Positions 37,181 through 47,779 of a stretch of 64,000 nt of DNA are shown here, one piece after another (within the stretch, counting starts at the first letter, position 1; the number at the start of each line of letters is the position of its first letter). The notes below the pieces were generated by a model. That model was not told the DNA's origin. It did not search any database and saw only the letters and a list, made by a program, of their open reading frames with translations. Both the position numbers and the translations under genes were made by a program. The DNA is taken from the IMG/VR virus record IMGVR_UViG_3300003973_000001, positions 1-64,000 of that record. One strand, written 5' to 3'. The DNA is from a virus. Lineage: Duplodnaviria > Heunggongvirae > Uroviricota > Caudoviricetes.

Positions 37181-37939
37181 TTACTTTCCGATTTTCAATG
37201 TTTCTGTCCAGTGTTTGATAGTATCTTTCATATCAAACTTTTGACTTAATTTGTAGCTCATATTAATGTTGAAAGAATCTAATCCTACAACACTCTTATA
37301 AGCGTTCTGCAATTGATAATAAGTCATAATATCAATCTGTGTGAGCGGTATAAATGTCGAACCGCCAAAAGCAGTAAAGTTTATAATATCTTGAAGATAT
37401 ATAGCTTCCCTTTCGGCTTTTCTTCTTCTACCCTTTTGAAGTTTATCCCAAATATCTTTCTGTCTAGGAGTCATATTTTTAGGAGGCTTTTCAACCTCAA
37501 TATCTTTACGCCCCACAACACTTTGAATAGCATTCCGAACTGTGTTAAACTCAGCCTCATCAATTAGATAAGAATTGTTAACAATTATCTTCATTCTATT
37601 CTCTAATATTTCGATATCGTCAGTCTTAAAGAAGAATTGAAGACTTTCTTTAAGTACGCCCAAAGCGCTCTTCCCATCAAAAATACCATCTAGAAATCCA
37701 CCCTCTTCAGTCTTAGCAAAGAATAACTGAAATACAGTAAACTTCTCTATTAACTCTTCTTCATTCTCAACGCCACTAAATATAGCATCTAGAGTCAAAG
37801 TGTAAGGCATAATATATTCACTAAAACCTTTTTCTCCAATGTCAACAACATCGCTGATTAATGGTTGGTGAATAAATATATTATGCTCTTCACTTACAGA
37901 GATAGGTCTTCCCATCAATAACTTTAACTTATCCATCAC
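37181..37939 (-). CDS. hypothetical head-tail/tail protein
   Basis: ORF. Confidence 0.5.
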   Translation of the reverse strand: MMDKLKLLMGRPISVSEEHNIFIHQPLISDVVDIGEKGFSEYIMPYTLTLDAIFSGVENEEELIEKFTVFQLFFAKTEEGGFLDGIFDGKSALGVLKESLQFFFKTDDIEILENRMKIIVNNSYLIDEAEFNTVRNAIQSVVGRKDIEVEKPPKNMTPRQKDIWDKLQKGRRRKAEREAIYLQDIINFTAFGGSTFIPLTQIDIMTYYQLQNAYKSVVGLDSFNINMSYKLSQKFDMKDTIKHWTETLKIGK

Positions 37940-37944
37940 ATCAC

Positions 37945-38460
37945 CTACTTAAAGTCAGTAACAGTGAATGCAATAGAGTAACCGCCAAACTTGTTATTAT
38001 GCATCCATAGTTCATTTACATATCGCATTTTTAGTTCGCCCATTCCTAGACCTTTCGTTCCTTCGAACATTTTAACGATTTCACCAAGCATTAAATCTTG
38101 TCTAACACCAGTGTCTGTACGCATTAAGTCGTGATGAGTAAATAAGTAGAAATATAGCTCTCCACTCAGATAGTCATCGAAGGTTTTAAATCCCTCTTGA
38201 TGTCGCCTAAAACCGTTAACACCCAACGTTAAAAACGTCTTCTGTTCATCAACGGTAGCAGGGACAAATCGATAAGGGAATACGTGCGTATGCATTAATT
38301 CGTATGGGTCTTCTAAACTAGGTTTGAATAAAGCATCTCTAGTGCTGTACTTTATTAATTTTGTCAATTTATCAGATTCAAGTACGCGATTTAAGATTTC
38401 CATCTTGTACTCGCTAAGTTTTTCAACTGTTGATAATCCAAGCTTTGTCAACTTTTTCAC
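37945..38460 (-). CDS. hypothetical head-tail protein
   Basis: ORF. Confidence 0.5.
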   Translation of the reverse strand: MKKLTKLGLSTVEKLSEYKMEILNRVLESDKLTKLIKYSTRDALFKPSLEDPYELMHTHVFPYRFVPATVDEQKTFLTLGVNGFRRHQEGFKTFDDYLSGELYFYLFTHHDLMRTDTGVRQDLMLGEIVKMFEGTKGLGMGELKMRYVNELWMHNNKFGGYSIAFTVTDFK

Positions 38461-38468
38461 CCTTTCTA

Positions 38469-39467
38469 CTAATATGGACTAACGATTCGAACCGTCTTAG
38501 AGCCAACTGTACCGTCCTTAGATGTGGCAACTACGTTAATAGTTAAGCCAACTTTTCTAAAGTCTTTGACAATTCTAAGCTTGATACTATTCGCTGTCTG
38601 CTCAACTATTTCAGCAGATGAATCTATATCGGCAATTGTCCAATCGACTTCTTCCTCGACCTCTTTTCCATCATGGAAAACCTTAGCCTCATACTGTACA
38701 AGAGCGCCTATTCTAGCATTGTCCGCACCACTAACAATAACTTCTTTAGCTACGTTAGAAGGCTTTTCCTCTACATCCTTATCTGGATTAACAACATCGT
38801 AATAATCCGCAATTTCAAGTTCAACATTATCTCTACTAGGATTAACGAAGTCTTGCTCTAAAAGATAGTTGATTAAACCTTTACGAGAAACATAATCTTT
38901 GAACATTACTTGGAACACCATGCCACCAATAAAGATACGTTGACCAATTTTAATAGCCATCGTTTCCGCATTGTTCTGCATGTACATCATCATCTTTCCG
39001 TTTACAATCCAAGAGTAGTAACCACTTGTACTAACCCCTAATGTGTATAGAGTCTGGTTCTGAATGAACGCAGGAACGCCACTACCATTACCACAAACTT
39101 TTCCATCGACCATCCATTTGATGACTTGGTTAGAAGACTTCATCTTCCCTTGCTTGTGTGAGTTAATAGTTTTATATTCTTCTGTGAAGACCATCCAAGT
39201 TTTATCTCGCCAATCAACATAAGAGCCAACTTTCATATTACTATCGTTTTCAGTGATGATATATTTATCATCCGACAGGTCTTTATTGTTGTTCTGGTTG
39301 ACATCTTGGAAAACAGCAGGTTGCTCAATCCCATCGATTCTAACCAATTCTCTATTAATTGTATTTTCGAAATATAGCCCAAATTCTCTTTTCTGTTGAT
39401 TTAAACTTCTTTCAAATGCAGTATTACCCTTAAGACTCATTCTCTTTCTAAAAGTAGAATAAGACAT
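38469..39467 (-). CDS. structural protein with C-terminal Ig-like domain
   Basis: C-terminal about 90 aa (VVSGADNARIGALVQYEAKV...VVATSKDGTVGSKTV) resembles bacterial Ig-like Big_2 domains. Confidence 0.5.
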   Translation of the reverse strand: MSYSTFRKRMSLKGNTAFERSLNQQKREFGLYFENTINRELVRIDGIEQPAVFQDVNQNNNKDLSDDKYIITENDSNMKVGSYVDWRDKTWMVFTEEYKTINSHKQGKMKSSNQVIKWMVDGKVCGNGSGVPAFIQNQTLYTLGVSTSGYYSWIVNGKMMMYMQNNAETMAIKIGQRIFIGGMVFQVMFKDYVSRKGLINYLLEQDFVNPSRDNVELEIADYYDVVNPDKDVEEKPSNVAKEVIVSGADNARIGALVQYEAKVFHDGKEVEEEVDWTIADIDSSAEIVEQTANSIKLRIVKDFRKVGLTINVVATSKDGTVGSKTVRIVSPY

Positions 39468-39468
39468 A

Positions 39469-39903
39469 TTACCACCCCTCTAGTGAGAAGTTTTTATATG
39501 TGTACTCAACTGCGTATCTACGAACCTCATCTTCCATGTCTTTATCAAGTTTAGATAGTTCCTTTAAATACGTAGTACCTTGCACAGCCTTAAAGTCTCT
39601 GTCGCCAACCGTTTTACTCATTAAGTCGGCACTATTCTTCTTAGTAGATAACCAAGCTCTTTTCATGCCAAGTGCTAAAATAAATTGCTCTTGAGAACTT
39701 AAATCCTCTGCAAATTCACCTATACCATTTTCTTCAACAATGTTTTCTAGGTCTTTTTTGCATTGAGGAAAATACAAGCTTCTAGCCGTATCAAGAAAAC
39801 CAAAGAGAACTTCGCTCAACTCAGCATCACCAAGCAAGCCAAATTCATAGTCATCGATAGAGCCTAGAAACTTGTCATAAATAGAATCAAAAGATGTCGC
39901 CAC
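39469..39903 (-). CDS. hypothetical head-tail connector-type protein
   Basis: ORF. Confidence 0.5.
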   Translation of the reverse strand: MATSFDSIYDKFLGSIDDYEFGLLGDAELSEVLFGFLDTARSLYFPQCKKDLENIVEENGIGEFAEDLSSQEQFILALGMKRAWLSTKKNSADLMSKTVGDRDFKAVQGTTYLKELSKLDKDMEDEVRRYAVEYTYKNFSLEGW

Positions 39904-39917
39904 TGCAACACCCCCTA

Positions 39918-40553
39918 TTAAATTTCAATTTCATCATCGATTTCAGTTTCTTCTGCATCATCGAATAGGTCTTCGTTAACATATTCTTCGATTACTTTCA
40001 TCTTTGTGTAATCTCCGAACTCATCAAGTTTGAATAGTTTAACAGATGTTTCAATAACTTTAGCGCGTAATTTAGGACTCATAGACTCCATGACTTCCTT
40101 AAATTTCTTCGCACTTGTTCTCTGAATGAAGTTTTTGATAGCGTCTGGGTCAGCATCTCCATTAGACAGTGCATATAGCTCATCGTATACTTTAGTCAAT
40201 CCAAGGTATCCAAGGACATCCTCTAACGTATATTCTGGGTCTAGCACCTCTGTAATAATGATTGAGAAACCTTCCAAGTTTTTTCTACCAGAGTTAACCA
40301 ATGCTCGTAAATCGCCTACTGAAACTTCTGTTTCATCACCATGTTTCTCCATATCAATTCGTTCAGTCATTCTAGCATTCTCATAGAAGAATTGACCAAA
40401 TGAATTGTTCACGACAATACACATAGTATCTCGGTCTACATTTACGCGTCTTCGAACTGGTTTCTTTTCTAATAGTTCACGATTCTGTCTTTCATTTGAT
40501 TGAAAGCGCCCTTTCGGCTTACTTTTATTGTTGCTATAATTACGTTTTTCCAT
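39918..40553 (-). CDS. hypothetical protein
   Basis: Start moved to ATG 40551-40553 (MEKRNYS), downstream of the motif copy and an AGAGGGAGAG RBS. The track start at 40580 lies inside the motif. Confidence 0.5.
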   Translation of the reverse strand: MEKRNYSNNKSKPKGRFQSNERQNRELLEKKPVRRRVNVDRDTMCIVVNNSFGQFFYENARMTERIDMEKHGDETEVSVGDLRALVNSGRKNLEGFSIIITEVLDPEYTLEDVLGYLGLTKVYDELYALSNGDADPDAIKNFIQRTSAKKFKEVMESMSPKLRAKVIETSVKLFKLDEFGDYTKMKVIEEYVNEDLFDDAEETEIDDEIEI

Positions 40554-40574
40554 AACACAACTCTCCCTCTCTTT

Positions 40575-40593
40575 GTGCAATACTTTTGTTTAA
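40575..40593 (-). promoter_or_regulatory. 19-bp motif class A
   Basis: gtgcaatacttttgtttaa, 21 nt before ATG 40553. Confidence 0.55.
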
Positions 40594-40652
40594 ATATAGA
40601 GGGGCTGTATTGTTTAACCCCTCTATGATAGAATACCACAAACTTTCAAAGC

Positions 40653-40671
40653 CTGCAATACTTTTGTTTAA
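40653..40671 (-). promoter_or_regulatory. 19-bp motif class A, 2 nt after the MCP stop
   Basis: ctgcaatacttttgtttaa. Hairpin 40597-40625 lies between the two copies. Confidence 0.55.
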
Positions 40672-40673
40672 AA

Positions 40674-41657
40674 CTATTGGATTTTGTACATTCCGTAAAC
40701 TGCAGAACGAACTACACCAAGACCGAATTTCTTCATTAATTGGTGTTCCATTTGTTGGTCGTTACGCGCTCCTGCTTCAGCAGTTTCAAGCATAATAGAC
40801 TCACCCTCAACAACAACCTTGATTAATTTTTCCCCTTGAGGAACAACTAATAGCATATTGTCGTCTACAGCGAATTCTTCTGTACCAACTTTGTAAGCTT
40901 GTGGAAGCAAGATTAAATCAGTTCCAGAGAAAGTACCAATGTAACCAACTTGGTTCATTTTATCTTTCATACCGTCTGAAAGGTCTAACGCTTTAGAAAT
41001 CTTACGTAAAGCTTTCTTAGTTCCCATTACAACAGCTTTCTTCCCTGACTTCGTTTCAACGTGTTGAATCATGTTGAATAACTTGTCTTCATCGTAAGCT
41101 CCAGTTACACCGAAAGTAGCATTTAGTGTAGTGTAAGACTTAGCGATACCTTCATAGATACGAGTACCCATGTCGTTAACGTAAGATTGAGCAATACGGT
41201 CAACCATAGCAGTCCAATCAACTAAACCTGCGATGAACATCTCAAGTTCAGAGTAGATTTTCGTACCGAACCAGTCAGTGTCTACAGTGAAGTTACCGTT
41301 TAGTAATTTCTGTCTACGGAAGTCGTTGTTTCCGCCTGCTACACGCGAGATACGGAATAGAGATTTATCTTCCACAGTAAATACTAATTTGTCGCCAGTA
41401 GCGATATTACGTACTTCTGCTAAGCTATCAAATTGATTTGTTACAATGATTCCAGTTACTACGTCTACTGCTTCCGTGATAACGCGGAATAATTTGTATT
41501 TGTTTTCTTGGTAGTTGTAGAAGTTAAATTCTCCACCTACTGCGTCAAGAATAATATTGCGAAGTGCATCTTCGCCTGTTACATCATTAAATTTAACGTT
41601 TTTGCCTTGATATACATCTAAAGCTAAGCGCTGTAATTCAGTCATTTTTGCTTTCAT
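40674..41657 (-). CDS. major capsid protein (HK97-fold type)
   Basis: 327 aa. Position after the protease-scaffold and a decoration-like gene. Confidence 0.7.
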   Translation of the reverse strand: MKAKMTELQRLALDVYQGKNVKFNDVTGEDALRNIILDAVGGEFNFYNYQENKYKLFRVITEAVDVVTGIIVTNQFDSLAEVRNIATGDKLVFTVEDKSLFRISRVAGGNNDFRRQKLLNGNFTVDTDWFGTKIYSELEMFIAGLVDWTAMVDRIAQSYVNDMGTRIYEGIAKSYTTLNATFGVTGAYDEDKLFNMIQHVETKSGKKAVVMGTKKALRKISKALDLSDGMKDKMNQVGYIGTFSGTDLILLPQAYKVGTEEFAVDDNMLLVVPQGEKLIKVVVEGESIMLETAEAGARNDQQMEHQLMKKFGLGVVRSAVYGMYKIQ

Positions 41658-41767
41658 AAAGCGTATTCACCTTCCGTTGTTAAATATAGTTTTATTATTT
41701 TTTTACAGGAGTTACCCCAAACCTACTATTCTTTCACTTCTGGAGGAGTAGTAGGTTCTTCAGTAAT

Positions 41768-42211
41768 TCACTTAGTAGAAATGCGGATAACAGCCATTTC
41801 TCCTGCATACATGTCTTTATCGATAGCGATAACTTCACCATGTAAGCCTGCAGGTGTACCAACTTTGAATCCATTAGCATCTGGAACTACAAGAGCGCCT
41901 TTTGCTAGAGCGCCAGAAACGCCTTTCTTCTCAATAGAGATAACGTCTCCTTCTTCAAGAACGAACGCACGACCAACTTTTCCTTTTTCAAGAACGAAGT
42001 CTAGTTCATTTTGGCGTTCCCAGTAAGTTAATGGTACAGAAACGTGGAATACTAATTTCTTAGTAACATCTCCAGATGGAGTAACTTTGCGAGCCTCTCC
42101 GTCAGCTTCTAATGCTCCAAGAGCAAGGAATTGACCATTCACTAAATCTGTATCAGCGATAACAGACTCGATGTGGGCAGTTGATTTAATCTTGTCTAAA
42201 ATTACGTACAC
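41768..42211 (-). CDS. hypothetical head protein (decoration/auxiliary)
   Basis: ORF between the scaffold and the MCP. Confidence 0.45.
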   Translation of the reverse strand: MYVILDKIKSTAHIESVIADTDLVNGQFLALGALEADGEARKVTPSGDVTKKLVFHVSVPLTYWERQNELDFVLEKGKVGRAFVLEEGDVISIEKKGVSGALAKGALVVPDANGFKVGTPAGLHGEVIAIDKDMYAGEMAVIRISTK

Positions 42212-42239
42212 TAATATGCACCCTTTCTAATCTTCTAAA

Positions 42240-43631
42240 TTATTTTGTGAAATATGTTGATAGCGAACCATACGGTTGATTTGCATCTGTATTAGTCGCA
42301 TGAACACGATTTCGAGTCTCTTGCGTATTAGCAGAGAATTTATCTTTCTTAAGAAGCATGAATCCAATTTCTTTCTCGATTTCTACCATAGAGAAAGTAG
42401 CTAGATTTGCTTCAATTGCCTCAAACTCATCCTTAGATAAAGCAGACGCATAACTAGCAAGCTTGTCTTTCTTCTCAGCCAATTCAACATTAGCTTTGAA
42501 GGTACGAAGTTCATTAGCTTCGTCCGTTAAAGTCTGATACTTAGCTTTTAAATCAGCTAATTCAGTCTCTACAGCTTCAAACTTTTTCTTCTCTTCGTCT
42601 TCTTTAGACTTGTCAGCCTTAGACTTTTTCTCGTCCTCATCTTCCTCATCGTCAGAAGCAAACTTTTTCTTTTCGTCCTCATCTTCGTCCTCAGACTCAT
42701 TAGATTTAGAAGCTTTTTTAGCCTCTTTATCTTTCTCGTCTTCGTCATCATCAGCAAACTTTTTCTTAGCCTTCTCTTTTTCTTTTTCTTCTTCCTCTTT
42801 TGCTTTAGCTTTCGCTTCTTCTTCATCGGAATTAGCTTCTGGAGATTTAGCTTTGGCTTTCTCAGCCTCTAATTTTTTCTTTTCTTCCTCATCCTTCGTA
42901 GTGAAGTCTGGGTTAGTATTCAGTTTTGTCAAAGTTACACCACCTTCGGAATTGTTATTTGCAGAGAAGTGACTATTAAACTCTGCAAGAAGTTCTTTCA
43001 TCTCAGATTTAACATTGTTAGCAACTGAGAATCGCTCAACGGTACTTGATACCATTGCAGGAGTAACACCTTCACCCAAAATGCAAGCGCCTTCAAACTT
43101 AGCTTGTGTAAACACAAATAAGCCTTCATCATCAACGTAACCTTTGATGCTTGAAGGAGATAACTCCATTGACTGTGACTTTAAGCCACCGTCTCTATCA
43201 AAAATCTCAGATACCTCTTTGAATTTGTTCCAAAGAACTCCATCAACAACAAGGTATTCTCTTTCAATGCCATCTTCACCATATTTGGTTTCAAATCTAG
43301 CATTGTTTGCCTCTGGAATTACACCGTAGGCATGACCGACATATTTGATGTGAAACTCTCCACCTTCTATTACAAGTCGCTCTTCGTGACCTGCAAAATC
43401 AGTGCCAATCTCCTCTGTTGAAGTTAAATATCCAAGAATAGGAGTATTGGCGAGGGATGGAATCATAGATTCTAAAACCTGCTTTGAGAAGATGGAATTG
43501 TTTCTGTTTTCACCAACATGTGCAATCCAAATTTTCACTGTCATGAATCTGTCATCTAGAACATTTTTCATCTGTTCAAATTTAATTGGTAGACTAGTAT
43601 TAACTAATTTCACCATTTCACCACCCTTCAC
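42240..43631 (-). CDS. prohead protease fused to scaffold-like coiled-coil/KE-rich domain
   Basis: N-terminal about 180 aa resemble HK97-family prohead proteases. The rest is extremely acidic/lysine-rich low complexity plus coiled coil. Confidence 0.6.
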   Translation of the reverse strand: MKGGEMVKLVNTSLPIKFEQMKNVLDDRFMTVKIWIAHVGENRNNSIFSKQVLESMIPSLANTPILGYLTSTEEIGTDFAGHEERLVIEGGEFHIKYVGHAYGVIPEANNARFETKYGEDGIEREYLVVDGVLWNKFKEVSEIFDRDGGLKSQSMELSPSSIKGYVDDEGLFVFTQAKFEGACILGEGVTPAMVSSTVERFSVANNVKSEMKELLAEFNSHFSANNNSEGGVTLTKLNTNPDFTTKDEEEKKKLEAEKAKAKSPEANSDEEEAKAKAKEEEEKEKEKAKKKFADDDEDEKDKEAKKASKSNESEDEDEDEKKKFASDDEEDEDEKKSKADKSKEDEEKKKFEAVETELADLKAKYQTLTDEANELRTFKANVELAEKKDKLASYASALSKDEFEAIEANLATFSMVEIEKEIGFMLLKKDKFSANTQETRNRVHATNTDANQPYGSLSTYFTK

Positions 43632-45163
43632 TATTCGGCATCTTTAATACGAACAGTGGTATCAGTTGGCTTTTCTGATTGCGGTCTTCCCTTCTCTTTT
43701 TCTTGAGCTTCGTTTCCGCTCATTGTATGAGAAGTCTGTTTCGCAATCATAAGGTCATCAATCGTTAGAACTTGCTGTTCAAAGACTAATATCATAGCAA
43801 ATTCTATTGGAGTCATTCCGCAATAAGCTAAGTACTCCATACGAGAACCACCAAATGAAAGTTGGTCTTTAGCAGTCTTAATTGCTTCATCTCTATCGAA
43901 GTGTGAAATATTTAAGAATTTCGTTTTCCAAGTGACTGACTTTTTGCTTGCCTTCTTCAGTTCATAATTGTAATAATTAGTAAACATAGGAAGCAGGAAA
44001 CTGTACAGCCATTGGCAATCTACTTGAATAGAACGTTCTAAAGCTTGAGAGCTAGAGTTGTCGTCCGCGAATAACTGAGGTGATACACCTGCACCCTTAT
44101 AAAGTTGCTCAGATGTTTTATCTAGCAACGAGAATTTACCGTCTTTACCAGTTCCGTTAAGCGTAATACCTCTCGTATCGAAAGGATTCGTAATCGCTAC
44201 AGAACCTTCTGGTAAACTCTTTTTAAGAGCATTATGATATTCGTGAACTACTGGAAGCTCCATTAAAGGTCTTCCCTTGTCATCGGTCTCAATTTTAGAA
44301 TGAACAATTTTGGAATTATCCAGTTTATCTGTATCTTCCATTTTGTCTTTTGCATTCTCAATCTTGATTGCATCGATAAGAGCGTTGGCAATCGGTGGCA
44401 AAGCCATACCTCCGTTAGCTAAAACATCGGTATCGATTGTGAATGCTACACCTTTATCCGATACTTGATACCATCGTCCTTCAATCAACTTTTCAGTTTG
44501 ACCGTTTTTGTAAGACGTATAAGCATTCTGTAGCTCTTTTGGAAATACTTCAAAAGTAGCATCAGAAATCTTTGTTACGTCAAATTGGAATCGATATACG
44601 CCATCTTCCACGTATCCAACGCGACAGAAAGCAGGAGCAATATCTTGATAAACAACACCCTTTGAATCTTCCAATTTATACTGATATGTAACACCAGTAG
44701 TAAACAGTTTTTCTGTAAAGATTGGAAGATTGTACTTAGGGTTTAATCTATCTAAATAGACTGCTGTATTAACAAATGATTCCTGCGTTTTCTTCATATC
44801 GCTAGATTTAATCTTCATAGGATTCGTAAGAATTGGGTAAAGCACATGGTCAAATGTTAGCAAGCTACTCATATACTTTATGATTCTCTTGTACATACCA
44901 TTGACCTGTTTCATAGAAGACGATAGCCCTGCAACTTGCACAGCACTCTTAGCAGGGTCTTGAAGCATTGTCTTGAGACGAGATTCGCTCATACCTCTTG
45001 CTCCGTTATTACCACCACTAGAGCCTTTAAAGTTTGCTGAGGCTGATGCGAACTTAGAATGTTCTAGCACCGAATTCGGCTTCTCGCTATTATTCTTGCG
45101 TCTTCGCTTGTAATAATTGTTAGTATTACGATTATTCAACGCTTCTTCACCTACCATAAGCAA
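43631..45163 (-). CDS. portal protein
   Basis: 510 aa, immediately downstream of TerL. Confidence 0.65.
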   Translation of the reverse strand: MLMVGEEALNNRNTNNYYKRRRKNNSEKPNSVLEHSKFASASANFKGSSGGNNGARGMSESRLKTMLQDPAKSAVQVAGLSSSMKQVNGMYKRIIKYMSSLLTFDHVLYPILTNPMKIKSSDMKKTQESFVNTAVYLDRLNPKYNLPIFTEKLFTTGVTYQYKLEDSKGVVYQDIAPAFCRVGYVEDGVYRFQFDVTKISDATFEVFPKELQNAYTSYKNGQTEKLIEGRWYQVSDKGVAFTIDTDVLANGGMALPPIANALIDAIKIENAKDKMEDTDKLDNSKIVHSKIETDDKGRPLMELPVVHEYHNALKKSLPEGSVAITNPFDTRGITLNGTGKDGKFSLLDKTSEQLYKGAGVSPQLFADDNSSSQALERSIQVDCQWLYSFLLPMFTNYYNYELKKASKKSVTWKTKFLNISHFDRDEAIKTAKDQLSFGGSRMEYLAYCGMTPIEFAMILVFEQQVLTIDDLMIAKQTSHTMSGNEAQEKEKGRPQSEKPTDTTVRIKDAE

Positions 45164-46902
45164 TATTGAAGTAAGTCATCGTTTCCACCAGTTTTTAAGA
45201 TGTCATTCTCTAATAGAGTCGCTACATAGTTTCCATATCCAATAGAGGAGTATCTATCCTTTGTAGTTGTTCCGACTTCTTTAATCTTGATGTAACCATT
45301 TCTAACTTCGTATACAAGGTTAACTAGCTCGTTCGTTAAAGCAGTTGTCTGCATAAACGGTCTTAGCATGTGAACCTGTTCTTCCGTTGTTTTCTTCATA
45401 TAACCCTTGCGCTCGATTAAATCTTCTTTCGCTTCAATATCATTGATAAGTAAGCGAATTTTGCGCTTCTCAAAAGCAATTCGTAATCCTGTAGCAACCT
45501 TATGGTTTAACTCAGAATTACCTTTAATGGAATAGATGATTGGAATGGCGTTAGCGTCAATTTTACGCTCATCCATTGCCTCATCATTAATTACTGTCCA
45601 AGCAGGATATTCTTCATCTCTATCTTTGTCATAGAGTATTTTTGTACAAGAATCATAGATTGCTATACCATTACCATTTGTATCCATGCCAACAAAGTCA
45701 GCTTCGAAATCATAGAATAGTTGTTTTAATCTAATTGCTTGAAGTTCAGCATGTTGTCCTGCCATACTCTCTAAGTAAACTACGTCGCGTCTAAATTCTT
45801 CGCCTTGTGGCAATAATCTCATTAACGTGAAAGCAGTTGTATCATTTCTAACCGATTTACTGCTACCCATTAAGGCAATATCCATACTTACAATACGGAT
45901 TTCTCCTGCCTGTTTAGGCATGTTCGTAAGTTTCTTCCTACTACCCTTGTTTTCTACAAACTCTCGGTCTGTAGGAGGATAGAAAGGTTTAGGAAGTGTT
46001 CTACACTTCTGAATATCATCTAATTTGTAGTAAGCGTTCTCATTTTCACCAACGAAAAGCGCCTCATATTCCATGTCCCAGCTCATCTGGTCAAAGTCTT
46101 CTTCTGTTCTTTGCTGTTCTACACGCTTCTTAGATAAGAGCTTGTGATACACAGATAACTGCCAAGGCAGTACAGCAACGAAGTAATCTTTGCCTGCCAT
46201 CATTTGTTTTATATACGAATTGAAAGATTCATATATCCAATGATTTTTATACCACGCTGAAGAGATATAAATTTCCTTATTCTCTTCTTCTAAGTGTTGG
46301 TATTTTGGATTTGCTAAGTACGGTGGAGTACGGTTTACGTTCAAGAATGGACGTAAAATAGTATCGATTGTTTCTTTTGATATCAACCTAAACTCGTCAA
46401 CTATTAATATATTAGCGCGGTATCCGCGAGCTGAGTCGCCTGACGTTACGGCTGTAATTTTAGAGCCATTAAAGAAGACTACGTAACATTCGTTAGCACT
46501 AGTCTTGAATTCTTTTATTTCTCGCTCAACATTTTTAGAGTTGTTTTTAAGAGCGAATATCTTCTCTGTGATTATTAATCTCGCTTGTCCTTTTGTACCA
46601 GATGCAAGCACGATATTAGAGCCTGGGAAAAGTATAGCCCTAATTACACAGTAAACTGCGATTAGGTAAGACTTCCCTTGTCCGCGCGCCGCCAAATACA
46701 TAAAGAAACCATAGTGGTTCATCGCCCACAATAGAATCTTCTGATATAGAAACAAGTGTATTCCGAGATAATCCTTTGCAAATCGTTGTGGATTTGCTCT
46801 ATAGAACGATGTCCATAATTTAAAGCCATCTCTCAGCTTATCTGTTTTTGTTTTAGTTTCTTGGGAATTTTTAGTAACCTTAGACATATCAGTCTTCACC
46901 AT
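45151..46902 (-). CDS. terL: terminase large subunit
   Basis: Walker A (AARGQGKS), ATPase then nuclease domain order. 583 aa. Confidence 0.85.
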   Translation of the reverse strand: MVKTDMSKVTKNSQETKTKTDKLRDGFKLWTSFYRANPQRFAKDYLGIHLFLYQKILLWAMNHYGFFMYLAARGQGKSYLIAVYCVIRAILFPGSNIVLASGTKGQARLIITEKIFALKNNSKNVEREIKEFKTSANECYVVFFNGSKITAVTSGDSARGYRANILIVDEFRLISKETIDTILRPFLNVNRTPPYLANPKYQHLEEENKEIYISSAWYKNHWIYESFNSYIKQMMAGKDYFVAVLPWQLSVYHKLLSKKRVEQQRTEEDFDQMSWDMEYEALFVGENENAYYKLDDIQKCRTLPKPFYPPTDREFVENKGSRKKLTNMPKQAGEIRIVSMDIALMGSSKSVRNDTTAFTLMRLLPQGEEFRRDVVYLESMAGQHAELQAIRLKQLFYDFEADFVGMDTNGNGIAIYDSCTKILYDKDRDEEYPAWTVINDEAMDERKIDANAIPIIYSIKGNSELNHKVATGLRIAFEKRKIRLLINDIEAKEDLIERKGYMKKTTEEQVHMLRPFMQTTALTNELVNLVYEVRNGYIKIKEVGTTTKDRYSSIGYGNYVATLLENDILKTGGNDDLLQYCLW

Positions 46903-47725
46903 CTAGCTTAACTATGTCTTCATCTTTAATTAATCCGAATACACGCTTGATTTGCGTTACGAACCATCGGTCAACGTATTTCTTAATACCGTCAACATCT
47001 CTTAGGTCTTCGGATGCTTCTGGAATAGGCTCGGTTTCCTCAATTTTCTTTACCCAAGAACCCCAGTCATTCAGTCCACTATCTTGAGCGTTACCTGTAT
47101 CTTGAACTGGTTTTAAGTTAGCATCATTCATCTGCTTCGATAAAGTATTCATTAACTTCTCGAACTTGCTTACGTCACCGTCATCTAGTGCGGTGTTAGC
47201 TAACCATTGAGTGCGTGCCATATTCTTATAGATGTTCTCTTGGATTGGGGTATCACATCCATATGCGATTGCGAGTCTATCGAACTCTTCTTGTAAGAAC
47301 ATATAATCGTCCTTTTGCAAGTTTCTTCCCCATCTCTTGACAATAGTTTCGGTTACCTCGAAATCTTTATATTCGATTTCGGTCAGTTCGGCTCTATTTG
47401 TTCTTCCTGTTAAATCATCACTATCTTTGAATCTCTTTTCTTGATTCTGTTTCAGTGAATTGATATTTTTGAAGTAAGTGCCGACTGTCTCTGTACTAGC
47501 GTCATTCGCTACTTTCCATTGTGATTTGAAATACGGAATATCCATTGTCCGTAAGAAATCAACCATTGTGTCCATGTCGTCTAAATCGACATTCTCTTTC
47601 ACACATTTTTTACAGAATCCAAATTGTTCATTTATTAACGGATTCCTGTGTGAATAAAACGAAGAAACCGCATATTCTTTACCGCATTTCAAACAAGTCT
47701 TTTTTTCTGATGGCTGTCGTGCCAT
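46889..47725 (-). CDS. putative terminase small subunit / zinc-ribbon DNA-binding protein
   Basis: CxxC...CxxC N-terminus. Sits directly upstream of TerL. Confidence 0.4.
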   Translation of the reverse strand: MARQPSEKKTCLKCGKEYAVSSFYSHRNPLINEQFGFCKKCVKENVDLDDMDTMVDFLRTMDIPYFKSQWKVANDASTETVGTYFKNINSLKQNQEKRFKDSDDLTGRTNRAELTEIEYKDFEVTETIVKRWGRNLQKDDYMFLQEEFDRLAIAYGCDTPIQENIYKNMARTQWLANTALDDGDVSKFEKLMNTLSKQMNDANLKPVQDTGNAQDSGLNDWGSWVKKIEETEPIPEASEDLRDVDGIKKYVDRWFVTQIKRVFGLIKDEDIVKLDGED

Positions 47726-47779
47726 ACTATCACCGCCTTGTGAAACACGAATAAAAAGAAAGGAGATTACTCCCCTTCC

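Noticed and set aside
42569-42972. Apparent tandem nucleotide repeats and alternative-frame ORFs (K/R-rich on the minus strand, S-rich on the plus strand) in the scaffold region
   Set aside because: The periodicity comes from the KE-rich low-complexity coding sequence of the protease-scaffold gene. It is not a separate repeat element or gene.
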